From Corynebacterium amycolatum (GTDB lineage: Bacteria > Actinomycetota > Actinomycetes > Mycobacteriales > Mycobacteriaceae), in the NCBI RefSeq assembly GCF_049243625.1, contig NZ_CP046975.1: DNA of 32,000 nt; one strand, given 5' to 3'. The first letter of the stretch is position 1, and each line of letters starts with the position of its first letter. Shown here one piece after another: positions 25,754 to 32,000 of the stretch. The translations under genes were made by a program, and so were the position numbers. Under the pieces are notes generated by a model that saw only the letters and a program-made list of their open reading frames with translations, was not told the DNA's origin and did no database searches.

Positions 25754-27919
25754 GTGTCGAGTAATCTCGTGAATATGTTTATTCGCAGCCGTCGTCACGC
25801 AGCTTCTCGTCGATTTTTCGTAGCATCGACACTCTGCGTGACGGCGGCTTTGGCGTCCTCGTGCATGGCTCGCCCGTCCGACGCTCCGACTGTGCCCGGG
25901 CAGCAGGAAGTGCCGGTACAGCAGGAAGACACCGCTGACCAGGCTAAAAAGATGCGTGAAGTCACGGTCGGTGTCGACGAGTTTGTCGAAGGCTTCAATC
26001 CGCATTTGCTTGCCGACGTCTCCCCAGTGACCAGCCTGGTAGCGCGACTGACACTGCCCAGTGTTTTCACCCCCGCGCCAGTTGAGGGCGAGGCTGGTGA
26101 CGCTACTGCCTCCGCGCAAGCTCCCGGAGTGGTGGATAACGCTGCCAATGCCCGTTTGGCAGGTGCTCCCCAGTGGCTGCTCAACTCCGATTTATTGGAT
26201 TCCGTGCAGGTCATCAGGAACGATGACAGCAAAGACGGCGACACCAGTAATGGAGCTGGAGGCTGGAAAGCAGCCGATGTTGACATCACGGATCCGACGG
26301 TAGCGGCAGAGCATGTCCGCTACCGCATTCGAAAGGGGGCGCAGTGGAGCGATGGCACGCCGATTAGCGGCGAGGACTTCCGCTATCTGCATACCCAAGT
26401 CACGTCCACTCCAGGATCGTTGGATACAGCGACCTATGAGCTGATTAAATCCATTGATGTCTCTGACGGGGGCCATCAGATTGACGTGACGTTCACTCAG
26501 CCGATTACGCATTGGCAGCGCCTGTTTGCGCATCTCTTGCCAGCGCATCTGATGCGGTCGAACACTGATGGTTTTTCCGAAGGGCTGGCCAGTCGTTTCC
26601 CGGCTTCCGGTGGGCAGTACACCGTCGAGTCGATGGATGTCGGCCGCAACATTATTCGGCTGGTTCGAAATGACCGATACTGGGGTGAGCAGCCAGCGGC
26701 CTCGGAGATTATTACGCTGCGTGCCATGCGTAGTGCCATCGATGGTGCGGAGCAACTGCGTTCGAAGCAGATCCAGGCTGTGCAGGTCCGTCCTACGGAG
26801 ACATCTGAGCTGACGTATGGTCTGGTCCCCGGTGTTGCTGAGTTTTTCCATGAGCCAAACCGGGAACTGGTTTTCAGTACCAATCTCGCGTCGAACAGGC
26901 TTGCCGACGAGTCCGTCCGCCGGGCCATTCTGAGCAGCATCAACGTTGCAGAGGTCTCAGAGGTGGCCACCGGCCGCCGAATTGCGGGTGGTTCTGGTGA
27001 CGGTGGTGACCAGGAGCGATCCGAGACACCACAGGCTGGTTTTACTGAGGACAATCCGCTACGAATTGGCATCATTAGCGACGGTATAGCGGCACGCGCT
27101 GCGGCTTTTGCGGTCGCTGACCAGTTGACTGCAGCTGGTATCCCCGCCACCGTTGTTTCGTATTCTCCAGCGGACATGCTGCGGTCTTCGTTGCCCTACG
27201 GAACTGTCGATGCCGTGGTGGCATGGGCAGAGCAGCCCAATTCTGTCCAGGCGGCCCGGGAACGCTATACGTGTACGGAAGGCTCGGTCAGCTCGCTGCC
27301 GCCGAAGGACCTGGACGAAGCGGGCGCAGAGTCGGCTGCTGAGTCTGAGTCCGAGTCTGATTCTGAGCGTGTCGACAGTTCGACAAAGCCTGCGCCAAGT
27401 AGAGATCGGGAAAAGAGTGCTGAAGAGCAGGGCTCGTCGGACGGGACAACACCATCTGAGCAGTCCAAATCTTCTACCTCAGCGGAGCCGGCTGACCTAA
27501 ATGGAGTACCAGTTGCTCCGAAATCGGCTGCTCGGAGCGAGAATCTCTCCGGTCTTTGTGACCCACAGATTGATGAACTGCTCGCTCCCGACAGTTCTGC
27601 GTTGCCCGCTGAACTCGCCGATATCATTGCTGGCCACAGTATCGAGCTGACCTTGGTGAAAGACGGCTTGCTGACGGTGGTCAGCCCGGAAATTACAATT
27701 ACCGGGAGGAGGGACTCTTCGCAGTGGACCGATGACCCAGTGTTGGGCCGCCTCGGTGTTCTGGGCGAGGTTCGCCGTGTCTCGACACAGAGTGGGGCTC
27801 GAGAATCGTCTGAGAATTCTCAGCCGGGAGATGATCCGCGCGAAGATACAGAGCAGGACGGTTCGGGGCAGAACCAAGATGGCCGCGATAACGTCGACCA
27901 GGAGAACAAGGGGAAGTAA
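25754..27919 (+). CDS. lpqW: LpqW-like lipoprotein (family-5 solute-binding fold) with acidic/Ser-rich insertions
   Basis: The N-terminal signal has Cys at ALASSC. The SBP-5-like core includes RYRIRKGAQWSDGTPISGEDF and RNDRYWG. Its position between typA and mshB matches mycobacterial lpqW. The start is either 25754 or ATG 25775. Confidence 0.65.
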   Translation: MSSNLVNMFIRSRRHAASRRFFVASTLCVTAALASSCMARPSDAPTVPGQQEVPVQQEDTADQAKKMREVTVGVDEFVEGFNPHLLADVSPVTSLVARLTLPSVFTPAPVEGEAGDATASAQAPGVVDNAANARLAGAPQWLLNSDLLDSVQVIRNDDSKDGDTSNGAGGWKAADVDITDPTVAAEHVRYRIRKGAQWSDGTPISGEDFRYLHTQVTSTPGSLDTATYELIKSIDVSDGGHQIDVTFTQPITHWQRLFAHLLPAHLMRSNTDGFSEGLASRFPASGGQYTVESMDVGRNIIRLVRNDRYWGEQPAASEIITLRAMRSAIDGAEQLRSKQIQAVQVRPTETSELTYGLVPGVAEFFHEPNRELVFSTNLASNRLADESVRRAILSSINVAEVSEVATGRRIAGGSGDGGDQERSETPQAGFTEDNPLRIGIISDGIAARAAAFAVADQLTAAGIPATVVSYSPADMLRSSLPYGTVDAVVAWAEQPNSVQAARERYTCTEGSVSSLPPKDLDEAGAESAAESESESDSERVDSSTKPAPSRDREKSAEEQGSSDGTTPSEQSKSSTSAEPADLNGVPVAPKSAARSENLSGLCDPQIDELLAPDSSALPAELADIIAGHSIELTLVKDGLLTVVSPEITITGRRDSSQWTDDPVLGRLGVLGEVRRVSTQSGARESSENSQPGDDPREDTEQDGSGQNQDGRDNVDQENKGK
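27341..27367 (+). repeat. Imperfect hexanucleotide tandem repeat (GAGTCN)n encoding ESESESDSE
   Basis: The sequence gagtct gagtcc gagtct gattct gag lies inside the lpqW-like CDS. Confidence 0.7.
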
Positions 27920-27927
27920 GAAAGTCC

Positions 27928-28881
27928 GTGAAGTTACTTTTTGTTCACGCACATCCAGATGACGAGTCCATTTGGACAGGTGGTTTGATTGCGGCTGCCG
28001 CGCGGTCCGGAGCGTCGGTAAGCGTAGTGACCTGCACGATGGGCGAGCTGGGAGAGGTCATCGGCGCGCCGTACCAGGGGCTAGTTGCTGATGAAGCCGA
28101 CCAGTTGGGCGGTTTCCGCGTCGCCGAGTTGCGCTCGGCGCTGCGTGCGCTTGGGGCCAATGCTCCAGAAAATGCGCCGCGGTTCCTCGGTGGTGCCGGG
28201 CGTTGGCGTGACTCCGGTATGGCCGGTGACAAGGGCAATGAGCATCCCCGTGCGTTCGTGAACTCAGGTGATGAGGCGGTCGCCCAGCTTCGCACCATCC
28301 TCGATGAGCTGCAGCCAGACCTGGTCATTACCTACGATGCTGATGGTGGCTATGGGCATCCGGACCACATTCGTGCGCACGATATCACTGTCGCGGCGTG
28401 CGGAAATCGCTTTCCGACGCTGTGGGCGGTCACCGATCGTGAGGCAATGGCGGCGGGGCTGGATGCCATTACCGTGGTACCGGAGAGCTGGCAGTCGTGC
28501 GATATCGACGACTTCGCCACCGTGACTGGCCATTTCGAGGTTCAGCTGGATGACGCCGCTGTGGCTGCCAAGGTTGAGGCCATGCGCGCGCATGCGACGC
28601 AGGTGTGGTTCGCCGATGGTTCCGTCAGCGAGGTCAATCCGGATGCTGTCTATGGGCAGACCGATGGCTCTGGTCGTGCGCGAGCCGTCTGGGCGTTTTC
28701 CAATTTGCTGTGTCAACCGGTGACGCCGACTGAGGCATACCGTTTTGGTACGGCGACCGCTGCGTCCATGGAAGCGCTAGGGGAGCTGGTGAATATCCGA
28801 TTACTGTCGGAGCCGGTAGCGAGCGTCGAGTCGGTACCGGGCGTGGATCTGGCGGCGGAGGGGAGTGCGGACGATGAGTGA
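27928..28881 (+). CDS. mshB: Mycothiol biosynthesis deacetylase MshB (GlcNAc-Ins deacetylase)
   Basis: LLFVHAHPDDES, VVTCTMGELGEVIG and GYGHPDHIRAH are LmbE-family zinc motifs, with an N-terminus that looks like MshB rather than Mca. Synteny with typA and lpqW supports the call. Confidence 0.85.
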   Translation: MKLLFVHAHPDDESIWTGGLIAAAARSGASVSVVTCTMGELGEVIGAPYQGLVADEADQLGGFRVAELRSALRALGANAPENAPRFLGGAGRWRDSGMAGDKGNEHPRAFVNSGDEAVAQLRTILDELQPDLVITYDADGGYGHPDHIRAHDITVAACGNRFPTLWAVTDREAMAAGLDAITVVPESWQSCDIDDFATVTGHFEVQLDDAAVAAKVEAMRAHATQVWFADGSVSEVNPDAVYGQTDGSGRARAVWAFSNLLCQPVTPTEAYRFGTATAASMEALGELVNIRLLSEPVASVESVPGVDLAAEGSADDE

Positions 28882-29395
28882 CTTTCAACCTCACGAAAGC
28901 GAAGACTTGATTAACGCTGCTGGCGGAAAGTTGAAAAACGAGCGCTTGAGTATTGAAAAGCGCACGTTTGGAGATGAGCGCTATTGGGGCGATCCGGAAC
29001 GTTCGCAGCCACGCGAGAACTTCCATCAGGGGGAAGCCACGGTAGCGCTGGTCTGGCTGTCGCTGGCTGCGCTGGCAACGCTGGTGATTGAGGTAGTTTT
29101 CCTCGGAGCGTGGATTACCATCGGCTCGGTTGCTATTCCGTTGCCGTGGACTATTCCGTTGGCCTATATTGCCAATCTGGTTATCACCAATACAGCGTTG
29201 CTGTGGACTCGTGATCGTTCTAAAGCTGCGATTCCGACTGTCATCTGGGTGCTGGGCTTTGCAGGCATTTTGCTGTGGGCAGTGCTGCCCTTCGGTGGTG
29301 ATTTGGCAATAGGGCAGTGGTTGCGAACAGTTCTGCTGCTTGTTTGCGGTGTGCTGGGCGGTGCCTGGCCACTGCGCCATCTGCGGGCACTCTAA
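28874..29395 (+). CDS. Conserved-looking small membrane protein (4 helices) coupled to mshB
   Basis: ATG 28874 overlaps the mshB 3' end by 8 nt. The track offers GTG 28865 instead. Four hydrophobic helices are present. The position corresponds to the membrane protein downstream of mshB in mycobacteria. Confidence 0.65.
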   Translation: MSDFQPHESEDLINAAGGKLKNERLSIEKRTFGDERYWGDPERSQPRENFHQGEATVALVWLSLAALATLVIEVVFLGAWITIGSVAIPLPWTIPLAYIANLVITNTALLWTRDRSKAAIPTVIWVLGFAGILLWAVLPFGGDLAIGQWLRTVLLLVCGVLGGAWPLRHLRAL

Positions 29396-29412
29396 CGGAA
29401 AATGCAGCGGAA

Positions 29413-29467
29413 CCTGCAGTCGATGCTGCAGGAGACGGTGGGGAACTGATGCAGGGCAGGCCTGCAT
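29413..29467 (+). other. Two adjacent perfect 7-bp hairpins sharing a CTGCAGG core
   Basis: The first hairpin is CCTGCAG-tcgatg-CTGCAGG (29413-29432). The second is ATGCAGG-gcagg-CCTGCAT (29449-29467). Only a weak T-run (TCTTTCT) lies 10 nt downstream. Confidence 0.4.
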
Positions 29468-29639
29468 GAATGCGCATCTTTCTGGAGCTAGTTGATAACA
29501 ACACCCACGTTGGGTGTAGACTCCAATCTGAATATACCGCTCTGTCTATTTTGCTCTGTTTCTCGTTGGAACGGCATAATCGACAGATAGCGAAAGCCTC
29601 ATCCCATATCTTGTGAGAAAGGTTCTTAAACCTAAAACC

Positions 29640-29963
29640 ATGACTTACATCATTGCCCAGCCATGTGTTGACGTCCTCGACCGTGCCTGTGTCGAGGAGT
29701 GCCCGGTTGACTGCATTTACGAGGGCAAGCGCATGCTCTACATTCATCCTGATGAGTGCGTGGACTGTGGCGCTTGTGAACCGGTCTGCCCAGTCGAGGC
29801 CATCTTCTATGAGGACGATGTTCCGGATGAGTGGGTTGAATTCATCGATGCCAATGTCGACTGGTTCGATGAGCTGGGTTCCCCAGGCGGTGCCGCCAAG
29901 CTCGGCCCCCAGGACTTCGATGTGCCATTCGTGGCAGCTCTGCCGCCACAGGCAGAAGACTAA
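29640..29963 (+). CDS. fdxA: 7Fe ferredoxin ([3Fe-4S][4Fe-4S]), FdxA/FdxC type
   Basis: The product reads [29 protein letters not shown]...[21 protein letters not shown], which carries the canonical cluster motifs. The family N-terminus MTY(V/I)IA supports ATG 29640 over the track's 29613. Confidence 0.9.
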   Translation: MTYIIAQPCVDVLDRACVEECPVDCIYEGKRMLYIHPDECVDCGACEPVCPVEAIFYEDDVPDEWVEFIDANVDWFDELGSPGGAAKLGPQDFDVPFVAALPPQAED

Positions 29964-30016
29964 AGCCACAGAGGACTAAACCTATTTCTTTCCCGGGAAG
30001 GATTTCATCACCGCCC

Positions 30017-31144
30017 ATGTCAGCTGCCCGCAAGCGCGTAACTCCCGGTTCTCTTTTGCCTCAGTTTCCGTGGGATTCTCTCACGCGGGCGAAAGCCACT
30101 GTGGCTGCGCATGAAGAGGGCATGGTGAATCTCTCGGTCGGCACACCGGTCGATGAAGTCGCGTCGATAATCCGGCAGGGCCTTTCCGAAGGCGCTGCCG
30201 CACCGGGTTATCCTCAGACCGTCGGCACGCCTGAGTTACGCGCGGCGATTGTTGCAGCGATGGCGCGGCGTTACGGCGTGACGGGACTGGAGTCAGCGGT
30301 CAACGGCGGCAATGTGCTTCCGGTCATCGGTACCAAGGAAGCGATTGGCTGGCTTCCTTTCCTCCTCGGTGTGGGCGTGGGGCATACCGTCGTCATCCCC
30401 GAGCTGGCATATCCCACCTACGAGGTTGGCGTTCGCATCGCAGGCGCTGAGCTGCTGCGTGCGGACTCGCTGACGCAAATCGGCCCCGCCTCGCCGACAC
30501 TGATGTTCATCAATTCCCCGGGCAACCCCAACGGCAAGGTCCTCGGTGTTGAACACCTGCGCAAGGTGGTTGAGTGGGCTCGTGCTCGGGACGTCATCGT
30601 CGCCTCTGACGAGTGCTATCTGGGGCTCGGTTGGACTGAACAGCCAGTCAGTATTCTCGACCCGCGAGTGTGCGACGGTGATTTCACCAACCTGCTGGCT
30701 ATCCACTCACTGTCCAAGACGTCGAACATGGCGTCGTACCGCACCGGCTGGTTCGCCGGCGATGCGGACCTTATTGCCGAGCTGGTTTCCGTGCGCCGTC
30801 ACATGGGACTGATGATGCCGGGACCCATCCAGCACGCCACGATCGCCGCGCTTAACGACGACTCCCACGAGGCCGAACAAAAGCAGCGTTACAGTGACCG
30901 CCGTGAGATTCTGCGGGATGCACTGGTAGCCGCAGGTTTTCGTGTCGATGACTCCGAGGGCGGGCTCTATCTGTGGGTTACTCGCGGGGAAGACTGCTGG
31001 CAGACGGTTGATTGGCTGGCCGAACGCGGCATCCTGGTCGCGCCGGGTAGCTTCTACGGCCCCAAGGGTGCACAGCACGTGCGGGTGGGGCTCACAGCGA
31101 CGCTCGACGATATCGAAGTGGCCGCGGCGCGCATTCGCGGCTAG
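30017..31144 (+). CDS. dapC: Succinyldiaminopimelate aminotransferase DapC (class I PLP aminotransferase)
   Basis: The PLP-lysine motif SLSKTSNMASYRTGW and the segment INSPGNPNG are present. Its position directly after the ferredoxin gene matches corynebacteria and mycobacteria. Confidence 0.8.
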   Translation: MSAARKRVTPGSLLPQFPWDSLTRAKATVAAHEEGMVNLSVGTPVDEVASIIRQGLSEGAAAPGYPQTVGTPELRAAIVAAMARRYGVTGLESAVNGGNVLPVIGTKEAIGWLPFLLGVGVGHTVVIPELAYPTYEVGVRIAGAELLRADSLTQIGPASPTLMFINSPGNPNGKVLGVEHLRKVVEWARARDVIVASDECYLGLGWTEQPVSILDPRVCDGDFTNLLAIHSLSKTSNMASYRTGWFAGDADLIAELVSVRRHMGLMMPGPIQHATIAALNDDSHEAEQKQRYSDRREILRDALVAAGFRVDDSEGGLYLWVTRGEDCWQTVDWLAERGILVAPGSFYGPKGAQHVRVGLTATLDDIEVAAARIRG

Positions 31145-31233
31145 CTCGGCCAGATGTGCTGGCCCGAGTAGGCCGAATGCTGCAAACGGTGCCGACATCG
31201 GCATAGACCAAATCATAAAAAGGGGAGTGTGCC

Positions 31234-32000
31234 GTGGGACGTGCCGCAGGCAATCGCGATGCCTGGTGGGGACTTGAGAAGAACCGTCAGGCAGCGCAAG
31301 TCGATGCCGCCGCTCACGAGCGCGAGGAGTACATCCCCTTTGAGCCGGCAATTGTGGCCGACACTGATGAGTTTTTGGTCGTAGACAAGCCACCTTTTCT
31401 GCCAGCGACCCCCAATGGCCGCATCGTGGCCAATACCGTGCAGGAGCGCCTGCGACGTAGTCTCGGGGAATCGGAGATTGTGGCCGTTCACCGCCTGGAC
31501 CTGCTGACCAGCGGGCTCCTGTTGCTCTCTCGGAATCCGGCTACCCGTGCGCGCTACCAGCAGCTTTTCCAAAACCAGGAAATCACCAAAGAATACGAAT
31601 GCCTCACCGTGATGCCCGATGATTGGCATGCGGGAGAAAGCAGGGAAGTCACACTCCTGCTCGACCCCAACCCGGCAGAGCACGGAGTAAAAGTTGTGGA
31701 GACCAATGATCCCGCACGCGCCGCTGCGAAGAATCCCAAGCTCAAGCTCGCACACACAACAGTGACCTTCCTAGGTCCGGTAGCGGCGGATATCGGCGAT
31801 GTGCTGGCGAGCAGCCGTGGCGGTGGTGCGACCAGCGCCAGCATTCCGCTGCATGCAGTCGGCTGTGGTTGCGGGCATTGCGGCAGCCGCATGCAGGTAG
31901 GGCACTGGCGGCTACAGCCCCATACGGGCCGCACACATCAGCTGCGGGCGACGATGGACTGGCTAGGCTATCCCATTCTCGGTGAGGACACGTATGGCCG
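31234..32000 (+). CDS. RluA-family pseudouridine synthase, edge-truncated (continues past the window)
   Basis: The GTG at 31234 has GGGGAG 6 nt upstream. Hand translation is open to the window end and contains FLVVDKPPFLP, the catalytic HRLDLLTSGLLLLSR and GRTHQLRATM. It is not in the ORF track because it has no in-window stop. Confidence 0.8.
   Translation, partial: MGRAAGNRDAWWGLEKNRQAAQVDAAAHEREEYIPFEPAIVADTDEFLVVDKPPFLPATPNGRIVANTVQERLRRSLGESEIVAVHRLDLLTSGLLLLSRNPATRARYQQLFQNQEITKEYECLTVMPDDWHAGESREVTLLLDPNPAEHGVKVVETNDPARAAAKNPKLKLAHTTVTFLGPVAADIGDVLASSRGGGATSASIPLHAVGCGCGHCGSRMQVGHWRLQPHTGRTHQLRATMDWLGYPILGEDTYG

Noticed and set aside
25538-27952. Minus ORFs of 193, 164, 219, 226, 120 and 151 aa antisense to the lpqW-like gene
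   Set aside because: They are overlapping shadow frames without starts or SDs. The plus frame carries the signal peptide and SBP motifs.
28264-29969. Minus ORFs of 150, 277 and 242 aa across mshB, the membrane protein and fdxA
   Set aside because: They lie antisense to motif-confirmed genes and span an intergenic region, with a Gln/Arg/Pro/His-rich composition.
30707-31936. Minus ORFs of 228, 180, 126 and 64 aa antisense to dapC and the pseudouridine synthase
   Set aside because: They are shadow frames. The plus-strand frames carry the PLP-lysine and RluA catalytic motifs.

Overview
High-GC actinobacterial chromosome, Corynebacterium-like in codon usage, SD motifs and gene content. It looks like core genome, not an island: I found no rRNA, tRNA, CRISPR array, IS or transposase, integrase or phage genes. 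Gene order, left to right: an edge-truncated PPE/WXG-like protein coupled to a DUF3558-like lipoprotein (minus strand); a TPP riboswitch and thiC; a secreted protein; a GT87-like membrane glycosyltransferase; a 65-aa ORF; an M18 aminopeptidase; an M20 amidohydrolase; a GH13 hydrolase; a 65-aa lipoprotein and a 683-aa GT-C-like membrane protein (minus strand); a YkoE/D/C-like ECF transporter followed by a P-loop kinase-like protein and a DUF218 protein; an acyl-CoA dehydrogenase; a 480-bp repeat-bearing gap; four minus-strand genes of unknown function; then typA-lpqW-mshB-membrane protein-fdxA-dapC and an edge-truncated RluA-type pseudouridine synthase. That last block matches, from memory, M. 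tuberculosis Rv1165, Rv1166, Rv1170, Rv1177 and Rv1178. Both edge-truncated CDSs are missing from the supplied ORF track because they have no in-window stop. Most long antisense ORFs in the track are high-GC shadow frames. I cannot demonstrate a novel system from sequence alone. The best candidates for follow-up are the left-edge lipoprotein/PPE-like pair, the ECF-kinase-DUF218 operon that lacks a THI-box, the GT-C protein with its micro-lipoprotein, the repeat-bearing gap at 19981-20461, and the uncharacterised four-gene block at 20462-23142. All family assignments come from motif reading and memory, not searches.
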